Shown: positions 24,405 to 38,026 of the stretch, in pieces
Numbering within the stretch: the stretch's first letter is position 1
Layout of the letters: each line of letters opens with the position of its first letter
NCBI RefSeq assembly: GCF_902652985.1
Contig: NC_047030.1
Coordinates: 24,242,001 to 24,306,000, forward strand
DNA: 64,000 bases
Source: Pecten maximus
Lineage: Eukaryota
Direction: 5' to 3'
Notes under the pieces: model-generated
The model's input: the letters and a program-made list of their open reading frames with translations, nothing else
Database searches by the model: none
What the model was told of the DNA's origin: nothing
Program-made: the position numbers and the translations under genes

Positions 24405-27400
24405 ATGCATTTCAACATTCTTTGTGCTCTGGCCCTAGCTTTATTTGGTAAGCAGACATTAGGTTTTTTTCCTACATAGACATAATCATAGTTTAATTTC
24501 GTAATCTTTTATTATCATTTCACAAGTATTGGTCATTGAAATGCCTTTTCAATCAAATAAGGTGCACACTTAACACAGTTTCGTATAGATATATTTTGGC
24601 CCAGTTCGCCTTGCCAACTTATCGCAGACAATTCGTTAATATATGTCGGTGTATGAACTGTACATAATACTAGAAGGAACAATTTGTGTGTATATATAAT
24701 CTAGATTAATATATCAACAACGTAATTTTATTATGATTATTGAAAAAATAAAGTAATCAATGCGTAACCGGTGTGTGAACATGCATGGAGATGTAACCAT
24801 TCCTCATAAAGAAATGACAATCAAATGTCACCAAACAAGCTAAACCAAGCTTTCAACGACACGAAGACTGTAATTCTGGTACTTAATGACGATTTCTCGA
24901 CAGCCGCGGCCGTTGATGGGGACAAGTGTGAGCCTGGATGGGCGGATTTCAAAGAGGATTGCATCTACTTTGGCCATGACCGTACTTCATGGGACGATGC
25001 CGAGGTAAACACATACTCAGTAGAATTAATTTCCTTAACCATTAACACTAGCATCACCAACGAATCCAAGAAGGACAAAGCAACAGTATGAAGTAATTCG
25101 GCATAGTTCAGTCTAATGATCACTAAAGTATATATCAAAATGTGCTATTCACTCAATTCTTCCAACACACTAATGACATACCCGTGAGGAAAAAAAAAGA
25201 AAAACAGTGCTCTACTTTTGACCGACATTTTTGTTTTCATACCAGTCTTCTTACACTGAAGAGTTGATAAGGACAGGTTTATTATCACCTATATGTATAT
25301 CGACGATGTGTAATCTTAAAATGAAATCTCCACATATGATCGGATATACCATGTAGAACTTGAAATCAAAAACATTTATGTTTACTTTACGTATAAGGAA
25401 CCAACACGGACAGCTTTTAACTAAGCTGATGAGCGTGATTACCTCAACGTCTTAATCTTCATTTTCCATTTCTAGATAGTAGCATCCATTCTACACGGTT
25501 TTCATTTTGAGAATGTGAAATGATTTGACCTAGATTTGTATGGCAGGTGTCGTCCATATAGCAGAAGACGCTTACCCTGCCAAAACACCTGGTCTTATCC
25601 CCCTTGTACATTTTCATGAGTCTCCAGTTTGCCTTCGTTTTATGGATTTTTAGTAGTCATGCCTTTTATATGACCAATTGGCAATATAGCATATATCCCA
25701 TTGCAGTCAGCAAATTGTAATTCATTTTTGAAACTTCAGCAAATGTCAAGGTTAATATCAAAAAGGAGAACACTTATTAAAAAAATGGGATATCTTACGA
25801 TATGTTATGTAAAAGTGAATCAATAAAGTTCAATATTTTTACTTGAAGGGTCATGGTATATAGATAAAAGTGAACGTGCGTAATCAATTCCATTTCAAAT
25901 AGTCATAAGTGTAAGATTCTGTCTATCACATAATTCATCTTTGAGAATACAGGCAAAAAATCTCAAATCAATTTCTATATAAATCAAGCGAAATAAGACT
26001 TTTGTTGAGACGTTATACATTATTTATGACGTCACAAAGATGTCATTGCACTTGTTTCCTACGATATATTATGGCCATATTTAATGATAGATCGGGCAAG
26101 TTATGCGATGAAAGTAGTTCTAGCATGCTTGATATTACTGACTTCTCATCTAGATCTATAAAGTTTTCGGCTTTAGTCATTGTATCATAAGTACAACTCA
26201 ACTCAAATCAAAATGAAAGTTTCTGAATATTTGTTCAAAGGTTTGGGGAAAACAGAAATATAACCCCTTTAAAAACAAACATGGAATGTCGCACATCCTC
26301 AATAACAATGTTTAACATTTTTTATCATTTCATCAGAATTCATTTTCAAACGAAGACGAGTCTAGTCTTTTCATCAACATGGAATAATCAAAGATTGTAG
26401 ATAATACACTGACTGATATATCTAGATCATCTGTTTGATTATCGTAACCTATTAGTCACTAGACTCTACTGAAATGAATGTATGATAGGACGCATGTGCG
26501 TTTGATTCCTGAACAGGGTTTTTTTTTTTTTTTTTTTTTTTACCTTACAGGAAAACAGTTCATAGACATAAATAAAGATATAGATCAATGCTTATTTCAT
26601 TTTCCTTCTTTTAGTGACGTTCGGGCAGGAGGAAAATATTATCAATTTTTTCGAAATTTCATAGTTAATTTTTCAATATTAATTTCCCATTTCGTTTCCA
26701 GAAAAGATGCAGGGATAGAGGTGCATGGCTTCTCTCGGATGACAATGAAGAAAAACACGATTTCCTTACCGACATCCTAAACGTTCTGACCAGTAAGTTA
26801 GAACTGGGACATTCATCGCACGTTCAATCCTAACCCTGAGTACTGAGTTCGCAGTATTTGCAACTCGTAATTTTATTATACAGAATGTCTGTGTCTGTTC
26901 TGTTGGATTAGAAATTTCCAAATGAACGTTTTGTTCATCCCATATACTGTTTGTGAACGCTGTTAAACCAAACATGTTATTTGACATTGGAAAGATAAAT
27001 ATCTGACTTTCTTGGTTTACTAGACAGTGTAGTCATGTGAAATTCAAATCCGTAAAGCTTTCTTCTCGATCAATTATAAAAACATACCTTTTTTTTTTTT
27101 ATCTTTGACCTTCCATGCACATCTCTATCACAACAGATTGGCGCTATGAGCGATTTTTCATTGGTGCGTCAGACTACTACTTCGAGGGCCAATTCCGCTG
27201 GGTAGAGACTGGAGCGCCGGTGGGTCCATTTTCAAGATGGGCAACAGGACAGCCTCATCTAAATAACACCCGTAACTGTCTGATGCTGGAATGGGAGAAC
27301 GACCAGCTTGTCTGGTCTGACCAGGCGTGTAGACCCCGAGAGTACACGTACTATCTCTGTGAAAAACTGTAAGTACGGTTCCCAGAATTGTATCTTGTAG

Positions 27401-28319
27401 TGAAACTCATGTTTACACACATAGGCGCACGTGCTTGCATTTGTTGAAAGTCAATATTGAAATTTGTTGATTTATTTGGCCTCCAAACAAATGCAGATTT
27501 TGATTTTTTTTCATCTGTTTTGTGTGTGTTACTTTAAGCCCTTAGCATCATTAGCAAGTCCTAGAAGGATAAAATAGCAATATGATGCAGTTTGGCTAAG
27601 TTCTTTGCTCTTAAAATATGTTTCTAACTGTCAGATGATATTAAAAGGTTATACTATCTTGTCTCCTTTTATTCAGTCACTGACATGACTTTTAGGAAAA
27701 TTATTTACCTTTAATACAGGCGCAGTAATACATTAGGTCAATTCAAAGTAAAACTAATTTATCAGCTCCGCTATCACTGTCATACAAATATACATGTAAT
27801 TTGATGTTAGGGTTTGCCCTCTGTTTTCCTCATTGCTGGTAATGCAGTGTTACTCCGATCTGATGATTTCTAATATCTTTCCAATTAAAGACATGTTCTA
27901 CAAAGGTTTTACAACTAAAACATTTTATTAAACTAATCACCCCTTTTCACCTTTATTCAGAGATAAATATCCACCCTGAATCAAGAATCGTTTTGCCTGG
28001 CTTATAAACGTTGAATACAGATTGGTATGATTGCTCATTTGGTACTGATTAACAATTTGCAGTCTTATGGATTCTTAAAACTTTCTCATTATACACAAGC
28101 TACATGAATATTCCAAGAGATCATTTGTATCCATGATATATATATAAAGAAAGTTTGTCGTCATTTTTATGAATACTACATGGACACGAACTTTTTTTCT
28201 TACTATATATCCATATTGTTATCCAGTTGAATTTCTAAAAGTCAAAAAAAGTTTTTTTATTTTCAAACAACTTTTGTTTCAGTGGTAACGTCACATCAGG
28301 GCCTGGCATTATTGGATAA
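24405..28319 (+). CDS. Secreted C-type lectin (perlucin-like), CTL-3, 167 aa, tandem paralogue of CTL-2
   Basis: Exons 24405-24447, 24904-25004, 26702-26792, 27137-27368, 28283-28319 (504 nt, intact). MHFNILCALALALFAAAVDGDKCEPGW...QPH...WSD...CEKLGNVTSGPGIIG*. Confidence 0.92.
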
Positions 28320-30806
28320 ACTCGGACTGCTGAGAATTATTTATTGTGTTTTAGAGAGTAAAAGAAATATCAAAGAATGATAAACTTGTTGATCATCATT
28401 CAAATTTTGATCATAATTGAACTGAATGCTAAAACACAACTGTCATAATATTTCACTCAATGTATTTTAATTGATACACAAACGAAATAATACAATATCT
28501 CATTTTACATTTGAAAATATTTCCTACAAGCTGAAATCTTCAGTTGAAAGATAACAGATTTGTGTTAAAAGGTTTAAAGACCAAATTTAACATCACAATT
28601 TAAAGTGTACCCGTCAGTAGCAGAATGAAAATGACAATAGTATTATGTATTGATACTTATTAAAAATCTGTATCCTACATGTGCATTCGTCACATCTGGC
28701 ATTTTAATTATTTAATTGATTTCATTCTAAAACCGACCTGAACTTTAGCGCTATCTATAATTTCTTTCTTCAGCGTATTTCTTACAGAGATATAGGTTAC
28801 TGGTATGATGCATCCACGTAATAACTTTTCCGAAATTAATCTTGCGGTATGCTCCACCGTCAACTATAAACAGTTTATCTTGTCTTTTGTATTTTTAAAT
28901 TGATCCCATTGTTCAAAAAACTCCATGTTACTACCAGTAACACAAAAATAAGATAAAACCTAATACTCTAAGCCCTCATCATAACTAAGAGATTGTACTA
29001 CAGAATGCTTAATGATAAAACATATTTCTAAAGCATCCGTTGTATTGACTTGTTAAGAAACTCTTCTTTAAGGCCATATTTGCGTACACACTGCCGTCTT
29101 ATCCAATTAGTAAACACGGCACTCCTTTCTTAGAGGCGCATGGTACTCATATAATTGATCAAGTATTTTAAGTAAACAAGACATTTCATTCTTTAGTTAA
29201 GCATGGTTTGTCCTCTTAACTGTATGTTTTGGAATGCATGATGTTGTATAATAAACATTACAACTCAATACAGTAATGCTATACATGTATATCGCCAATG
29301 CAGGTGACAATTGATCAAGTTTTTCGGGAGGTATATCACCAATTTTAAAAAGATGCTGAACCTTTCCATTAAAATATTTTTATTTATACGCCAATCCAGT
29401 AAATATTCATATTTACACGAAAGAGAAAATGCGATGGTAAAAAGACATTCTAAACTCGACCGTAGCAATGTTACAACAATGAAAATAAAATCACAATAAA
29501 TAAGCAACTTGTAGATATAATATTTACATACTTATCCATATTATTACTAATCAACTACTTGAACATTTGTAACGATATGAGAAAACTGCCCTATCAATAT
29601 CATAACAAAACTGCCCTATAAATATCACAATAAAACTAGGACAATTGGAATCAAATGGACAAATATTGGATAAACAGGGCCAATATCGAAAACGCTGATA
29701 GGCTGTTTTTAATAACCCTATATCATAATTGGAAACTTTAGGTTGCTAAAGTGATTTTTATAAACTCACAGATAATAAATTCAGTTTCTTTTATCGGGTC
29801 AAGCATCCTTGATGTTTCAATGCGCTTGGGAGATACATGCTTTGTTAACTGTCTTTGCTCTCTAAGCCACCATGTGCTTCTGGTATCTATATATACGATA
29901 TCCAATATATCATTTTTGACACCTCTGTTTAAAATTATAATGTATTGGTCTATAGTTTGCAATGCATTGCTAGGTTACCTGGATATATCCTTTTGATGAC
30001 TAATTTACTTACTAATATATGGAACAGTACCGATATCATTACTGCTATCAGAATCCTCTTAAGAGGTGGAAACATAGACAAAACAGACTGATCTAAATAT
30101 TGTAATTCTACCTACAATTTCATTGTTAAACACCAATAAAGTCTATACATCTCTGTATTTTCACATATTACACTCGTTTTATCATTTGTTCTATATATCA
30201 TTGCAATTATACCCATGTTGTAGCATGGATGTACAAGACATCTACATCAATATACGTCAATTGAATGCTGATTAAAATGACAATATCGATATGGATATCA
30301 CAAATATGTTCATCAGTTCTTGAACAAGTCTTTGTGTACTAAATACAATGATTATTATGGGTTAATAGAAATACTTTTTAATTGATATGGGCAGATCCCC
30401 TTGAACAAAATATATATGACTTTTAACATTGTAATATTACAGACAGTAACACCAGTTATAGACCAAAACGAACATAATAACATTAAAATCACAAAGTCAA
30501 TAAAAAATGTGTTATGTCCCTTGTTTTTTCCACATATTTTTGTATTGACCTTAAATAATAACTTAATACAGGAGAGTACAATTCCTTTTTAAAAGTACTC
30601 CAGCGTAGAAACAATTGACTATTATTCATAGCTTAAAAGCATCAACCTCAAATAACATTCAACTTATCTGTTAGTCATGGGTAACTATTATCTATTTCAT
30701 TGTTATTGAGTGAAACTGATTTTCAGAAGTGAAGAGACAATTCAATAATAACTTTACATTATGGATTATATGTATTGTGAAAGGAAATATAATGAAAAAA
30801 AAATAT

Positions 30807-33800
30807 TTACGTCATATCAGACATTACTGCTTTTGAAGCTTTAAAAGCCCTAACATCGGAAAGCACAATTAGGAGAAAAAGAAAGACAAGGATTGATACA
30901 CCTAACCCTCCTAAAGATTTCGAAACCACTCGGTCGTCAGGCCAGCTGACTTTCCTTCGTTTGTACCGGCTTGTATTGTTCTTCATTGTTTCTAGTTCTT
31001 GTTTTAACAAGGCTACGTTCTGCATGATTAACGATATATTTGCATTTGCTGGCAATTCCCAAGATATATTGATAGCACAGCTACTTCTGTCTAAATGTGA
31101 AATGGGCATGGAATTGGCAGTCTCGTTGGTTGGTGCACACGTTGCAGTAGTGTTCGTGGCGGTGGTACCAGGATCGGAAGACCCGGTAGTGGTAACGACA
31201 GCACTGGTTGTGTCTATAGAGGTTGTAACGGAAGGATTCAAAGTGGAACAGATGTTGGATGACTGGTGACAGACATCTACATACGGAACACGTGGTACTT
31301 GTTCCTTCGATACTGTTGAAAGAAAATACATGAGTTAGTTGTATTTTGAATGTTTGTGTTTAGCTGGAAGACTCTGAGTTGATATCATGGTTCATTGTCT
31401 TTGCTTATTGACATTGTGGAACGTACGCGCAACAACAAAGATTATATTCTCATGATGATGTATTAGTGACATTCATGAAATATTTTCAGATTATTTCAGA
31501 AATGAAATCCAACTTTCACCGACAAATTATATAATAATATACATACTATATATATATGTGTGTAAATCTGATGACAACATGTATTATTAATTTATTACAT
31601 CTGTAATGTGTTCAGTGCATTGTAAAACAATAAAGGTTCATGCCATTGAATCCCATTTACAGCAAAATGTTTCGGGTATTGAAATTGTTAAAATCCCATG
31701 GTAGTTTATTTTGTATTGTTAAGATGTTTTATCCAAATACAAAGCTGAATACTTAAGTGAACCTACAGCATAATATGATTTGCTAGATCGGTACAATGAT
31801 GATTTGGCTGATGCCCTATATGTGTTACATGCAAGTTCCATAACATTTTCTAGAATAATAATGTTCAAACCTACTCAGCAAGCATTGTTTCACGTATGTC
31901 ACGTGGTCAGCCTCAGCATCCATCCGGACATTTTCAAATCCAGTGTAGTTAGAGAACAGTAGAACACACTCACAGGAAATGATGTTCATCGTCACTGCCT
32001 GGCAAAATGCGCCCTCTACGATGGAATTGAGACACGTTTCTAAGCAAGATGATTTCAGGGAGTTCGTCTGTAAAGTTATTACTTTTGAAGATATGAGTGA
32101 TAGACTTTCCGTTGCAATGATGGAGTCGTTGAATGCCTCAAATGTACATTCATCTGGAAACAAAGAAATATAAACATGAATTAAAAAAACAAGCACTATT
32201 ATAGGCGCATATAGGTTAATACGTAAGAACGTAATATATACTGTACATATCATCGTTTACTTTCTCAAGGTCGTAAATAATAAGATTATTGTATTAACTG
32301 GTAATACCACATATTGTTGGAGAGGATTTATAATTCTATCATTGTAGAGAATGAAAAGTACTCCTGTATTATGTGACGATGCTATATATTGGTACTTACC
32401 GAACACTTCTTCACATATGAAGGCGTATTTCTTCTCACAGTCTCTAGTGCGCAGTAATAGGTCGTGAATACGAATGCAAAAATCAACATCACAATCGTTT
32501 GGCTCACCAGGAAAATAGTCTCCCCATTCACTCTTACTGTTATCATCAACCCAGATGAAAGATGTATCCGAACAATTTTCCAGGCCTGGTCTTTCCGCCT
32601 TCAAACCTACCCAGTACTGCGTGTCATATCTGCAAAACAATTTGATATCCATTCGGAATCATTGGATTTTTTCTCAGTCCAAACGTTACTTACTCTTTAA
32701 GAAATGGAAATTATATCATTGAAACCAATATATGAATACATACAAGGACTTGTGTCATTTGGAATAGAAACTGCAGTGGATTGTAAAATGCAGAAATATA
32801 AAATAGAAATGTTACTCAGTTTGTGTCGTGGGAATAAGAAACGACAATGGACATGTGCAATAGGAAATTAAAAATGTAAATAAAGTGTCATGAGAATAAG
32901 AAACACAATTGGCGTGGGTCATTGGGAATAGAAATGGCAACGAGTTAGTGTCTTGGGAATTTGTTTCTTGAACCTTTGTCTTTGGGGATATATATTATTG
33001 GACTGAGTAGCAGGATCTGCCGCATTTGCCGCGGGTGAACTCATGAGTTTGGGCAGCAAATGAGCGCTGACTGCATTCTTGACTGCCTCCTAAGCCGTCG
33101 TTCTTCCAATTTGGTTTTCTCTTTGGCTCAGATTCCTTGATGCGGACGTAGCGTTGCGTCGCTAGCTCTTGCGATCGGAGCCGGCTGCCTCTAATTTTTC
33201 TGTATCAATGCCACCTGCTCTCCAGTTGCAATTCTTCACAAATGACTAATGAATGAGTTGAATTAATAAGTTGCAGTAGATTAGTGTACTTGTACATGCA
33301 ATGTATCCATATTAGTGGTATCGTTATGATATTTAGTCCATGAAGTTTTTGTTTTCTGATTGGTGAACAATTATACATCACCCCTGTGTAATGAAGATGT
33401 GGACATTTATATTAATACTTTTATAGTTAAAAACACTTGGTAAGAGAATATAATCATCCCTTTTGTGTGTAGACAGGGAATTTCAGTAATTGCGCCTCTT
33501 TGTCAACAAGGACCTCCCTCGTACGCGATAACAGTTTTTACGGCAAGACCCGAGCTTAGCAACCAAACTCTTAAAAGTGGGTTGAGATATCCCTGTCCAT
33601 GGAACAGACCCCTCTAGGACTGTATAATTCTCTTACCCTGGACAGGGATATTCGCAGTTTTGCCGGGGTGGGATATTCTTATCTTACCCTAGAGAGAGGA
33701 CAAGCTACTACGTGCACTTATTCTCAATAGGGTGACGTCATTGACGTGACCCAGAACTACTCTAGCGGGGTCATACACATACATATGTTCGTCTGCTTCA

Positions 33801-34434
33801 ATCACAAAAGAAATTAAGATATGTATTAGTTATCAGAGTTAACTGAGTGTTTGGTGGTCTTTTTGACAAGCTTATCGGATCTATATTTTGTATGAAAGCA
33901 ACATGGTAAGGTGTAAAGCGCCAGCTGCAGCCTTATCACAATGACATCCGCAATCCACGCGTTGATGTTTACAAACGTTTGGATTTGGTTCACATTACTG
34001 TTTCGGGTTAAGATGGGGGGGAGGGGTCTCCAACCTCGGGTGAGATTGTGAAGTTCCCAAACACTCGCCAAGCCTCGTGATTGTGAACTTAACATTACAT
34101 TATAAGGTGAGCCATGACTACTTCAGAATAAAGCCACGAGTGAGCTGTCTTTTGGTTGTGGTTAAGGAAGACCCAGATTTTTCTTATACATGTATCTGGT
34201 TTTATTGTCAGACCGAGAAGTGTCGGATAATTTCGTACCACTCCCCCTACTGAGGATGTACGTACGTGTGGTTGTTGAAGTGATTCCTATCCATGTTTAT
34301 GATTTGCTCTTTCTTTTCTGGCGTCTTGATAGTGAGCAGCGATTGATTAAGGGTCGTACACGTCTCGTTGGCAACCTTCCATGTTACCTTCTTGCTTTCA
34401 TGGAGAGTGATGATCGTCAATTCTGGTTGAGGAG
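30807..34434 (-). CDS. Type I membrane receptor A: CTLD + PAN/Apple-like domain + Thr-rich stalk + TM (signal exon not found)
   Basis: Exons 34434-34266 (VTWKVANETC..LLTIKTPE), 32629-32400 (YWVGL..FIWVD..FPGEPNDC..FC..TRDC..AFICE), 32153-31875 (CTF..CLETC..C.AV..C.C..YVKQC), 31312-30807 (stalk, RYKRRKVSWPDDR, TM LGGLGVSILVFLFLLIVLSD). All GT-AG with consistent phases. Confidence 0.85.
33439..33637. repeat. Intronic hairpin/palindromic element
   Basis: Outer arms GGTAAGAGAATATA / TATAATTCTCTTACC; inner arms GACAGGGA.TTTCA / TGAGATATCCCTGTC. Confidence 0.6.
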
Positions 34435-34600
34435 CTGCAAATAAACACCAAATGTAAATATAGTTACTATTACACTTGGTAGAGAAAAAAAGTTTCGTTT
34501 AACACAGTAATATGATTTGAAATTAGGATTTTGAATTTTATTTTCTATGTTACAAAAAAAAGCATCACCAAGGATAGATCGTTTATATCGATTACTCTCT

Positions 34601-35000
34601 GCCGGTGTAACGTTGAAAATGGACCCCCGTTGAATATGGACCCTGGGTCAGTTTTCAACGTTGAATATGGACTCTGAATGCCGTTGAAAATGGGTCGTGT
34701 CGTGGAGAAATGACAGCTTTAAAGGTCAATTCTCGACGGCTTGTCTGTTCAAAATTGTCCGTTGAAAATTGACTGTTCAACACAAGCTTCACCGATCTAC
34801 TCTATTTGACATAAAATGCATGGGTACTTTAAGCCCGAGTTTCCTCTTGCCCTGACACCATGTGTCCATATTTCACGGAGGATCGGAGTAAAGCAGATGC
34901 TGATGGTTCAATTTTCAATGACATTCAGGGTCAATATTCAATTTGAAAACAGACCCCGGGTCAATTTTCAACGAGGGTCCCCTTTCAACGTTACGCCGGC
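34601..35000. mobile_element. 400-bp MITE with long (~80 bp) terminal inverted repeats
   Basis: GCCGGTGTAACGTTGAAAATGGACCC..GTTGAA mirrors ..TTCAACGAGGGTCCCCTTTCAACGTTACGCCGGC. Subterminal GTTGAA(A/T)ATGGAC motifs are repeated. No TSD visible. Confidence 0.8.
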
Positions 35001-35519
35001 GCAACATGAGTGGAAACGATCTGGGTGGACAGCTTCCTACGAATGCTGATTCTACAGTTTACCTCTGCGATGAACATGATTCGGAATCTACCGATAAACA
35101 GAAGAAATTTGAGACGGCCTGTCATTGGCTGTATCATAAAGTAGGCGGGGCATGGGCATTTCATCAATCGTTTATAATCTGCACGAGGGGTTTACGTGAA
35201 GTTATAATCGACCGCAGACGTCTTCAGATAATATCTTAAAACGTTACAAGTGATAGCAAAGAAGATATGTTGCTATCTGACCACAATATACACGTGCACG
35301 ATAGATCTTGTCGAAATCAAGAAGATTCACATAATGATAAATAACTGACAGCTGGAGCTTGTGTGTGTTAGCCAATAAAAGATCGAGGGAGGAGCCCGAA
35401 ACCGAGTGTTCGTCAACCAGCGTAGGTACCAATCGATATATCAAAGGAAACAATAGTACGTCCGTGGGGTCTTGTCAACATCAGCCGTTTCCACCCACAG
35501 TTGTAACGGCAGTTAACAT

Positions 35520-35790
35520 TAGAAAACAGATTATCAGGATAACAAAAAGAAAACAGATTATCATGATAACATGATAGTAAACGAAATACCAGATAAAATG
35601 ATATAAAGCGAAAAATGAGATCAACAAAAGATAACATGAGATTAGCAGGATAACTTGATAGTAAACGGAAAAAGAGAAAACAAAAATTAAGATTAGCATA
35701 ATAACATGATAGTAAACGAAAAACCAGATAAAAAAGATATAAAACGAAGAAATGAGATTTGCATGATGAACTTGATAGTAAACGAAAAAG
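35520..35790. repeat. Degenerate A-rich tandem repeat (AAC(A/T)TGATAGTAAACG core)
   Basis: Four copies of the core between about 35568 and 35785. Confidence 0.65.
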
Positions 35791-36439
35791 AAGTACATAC
35801 TATAGAATGAGATTAACGTGCCAAATTTGATTTTTAACGGAAAGGGTGGGGTTTATTGACTCAATTATTTTCAAAATTAGATTTAAAACCTTTAGACATA
35901 GGACGAATAACATGAAATATCTGTGTGTAATCAACTGGTGCTACTATTTGCGGGGAACATCAATTCAACGTGCCATGCATAGTTTAGGTTCACCTTGGGG
36001 AGTTAAAAGTCAAACAGCAGAAATATCTACTTGCAATCTCAAAGAGTTTTGCAAAAGACGCATTTAGTGACTGGCCTTCTTACCTGAAAAAGTTTTCCTT
36101 GTAATGATTCCGAGAACTAATGTGGAAATATACATTAGCAACATTGAACTGTTGTGATGTTCGTACTAAAAGTACTTGAAGGTGAAGCTATGAAGTCGTC
36201 CGGGTGATACACGAACTTACAGTTGCGGAATCAGCCGAGAAATCACCTTCGGATGACACCTGTACTACTAATGAAAGGATAAGTGGATAATTGCCTCGGG
36301 TGACTTACGTACTTAAAATGAAGTGTCAGTCGAGAATTCACCGTTGGTGGAACACGTACGAAATTGAAGAGTCTGCATCGAGAATTCACACGTACCAACT
36401 GTTGAAGAATAAAGTGGGCAGTATCTTTGAAAACATACG

Positions 36440-36815
36440 TTCTTACAGCTTTAGAATCAGTCGGGTAATCTCTTTTAAGAATCCGCCGAGCAATCACTTT
36501 GGTTACACATGTGCTAATAGTTGAAGCATCAACCGAGCAATCGCTTTGATTATACACGTGCTTTAAGTTAAAGAATCAACCGAGCAATCTCTTTGGTTAC
36601 TCACGTGCTAATAGTTGAAGAAACAACCGACAATATATTTGGTTACTGACGTGCTAATAGTTGAAGAAACAACCGAGCAATATATTTGGTTATGCACGTG
36701 CTAATAGTGGAAGAAACAACCGAACAGTCTCTTTGGTTACACGCACGCTAACATTTGAAGATTTAGCCAAACAATGTCCTTGGTAACACACGTGCTAACA
36801 GTTGAAGAAACAGCC
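36440..36815. repeat. 47-bp degenerate tandem repeat (~8 copies)
   Basis: CCGA(G)CAAT at 36486, 36533, 36580, 36627, 36673 and 36720. Confidence 0.85.
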
Positions 36816-37126
36816 AGGAACTTAGCTGCGGTACATCGTACATCTGATTTGAACTGCTGTAATTTAGCCACGTATTGCCAGTTTGGTTAATACCTCTTGC
36901 GCAGATTCCTATCTTAAATTATCCAATCAGCACCATCAAACTGACTTACAATTAGACGAGGACGCCAGTCATGAATATAGAATACAAATTACCAATTAAC
37001 CATGCCACCCCATGACAATTGTTCATTAATATTTTTACATATGGTGTCTTCAGCTCATAATATTGCAATTTCAGTGGTAAGTAGATATAAAATGAAATCA
37101 TTTGTGCTTGCATTTATATCATTTTA

Positions 37127-37277
37127 GAAGAAGAAGAAGAACAACAACAAGAAAAGGAGAAGAAGAAGAACAACAACAAGAAGAAAAGGAGAAGAAGAAG
37201 AACAACAACAACAACAAGATGACGAAGAACAAGAAAAAGACGAATAAGAAGAAGAAGAAGAACAACAGCAACAACAT
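37127..37277. repeat. (AAG/AAC)n trinucleotide microsatellite
   Basis: Seen directly. Confidence 0.9.
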
Positions 37278-37803
37278 GTTTTGTTGATCGTATAGTGACT
37301 GTCAGAGAGTATGTAAACAAAAATGGAGGTATTATATAATTTACCATATTTTTATAAATTGATATATTTATGAGAAATCGTTAAAGATTATAAAGTAAAC
37401 ATTTTCATGAACATTGGCATAGAGAACGCTTATATAATATCGAGTAATCTTTATTTATGTACAAATCTGCTTTAAAGTCTTATGTAAAGTCTATTTCAGA
37501 TTCATCAACGCTTTTACCATCAAGGCTGGTTGTTAACATCTTGATGAATAAATGTATTGCTTCAGGATTAAGAGTACTGTATTATCCACATTGTGACTAA
37601 TTTGTTTGGGATTAATAAAAAAAAGAATTGATGGTTCCTTCTTAAATGCAAACAGAATAAGTAAGATATTAAAGGGAGATTGAACATTTTGTGAAAAAGC
37701 TAGGATTTGTTTACATTGCCATAATGAATGGCCTAATATCTCTATTTGAAACCGTGCACTTGAGTAAGGATCAACTATATTACATAAACATTGTAGATTG
37801 GAG

Positions 37804-38026
37804 TTTGGTTTGTTTGTTTTTGTTTAATGTCCTATTAACAGCCAGTGTCATTTAAGGACGTGCCAGGTTTTGGAGGTGGAGGAAAGCCGGAGTACGAGGA
37901 GAAAAACCACCGGCCTACGGTCAGTACCTGGCAACTGCCCCACGTAGGTTTTGAACTCGCAACCCAGTGGTGGAAGGCTAGTGTTAAAGTGTCGGTACAC
38001 CTTAACCACTGGGCCACCGCGGCCCC
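37804..38026 (-). mobile_element. tRNA-derived SINE, family 1 (Meta/MESC-like core), near full length
   Basis: Minus strand reads GGGGCCGCGGTGGCCCAGTGG (A box) ... GTTCAAAAC (B box) ... GGTGGTTTTTCTCC..GTACTCCGGCTTTCCTCCACC ... (AAAC)n tail. Confidence 0.85.

Noticed and set aside
33000-33240. GC-richer stretch that looked like a coding exon of receptor A
   Set aside because: No lectin motifs, stops in the frames I read, and the flanking exons join in phase without it; probably a TE fragment.
37102-37347. Lys/Glu/Asn-rich and Leu-rich ORFs
   Set aside because: Trinucleotide microsatellite.
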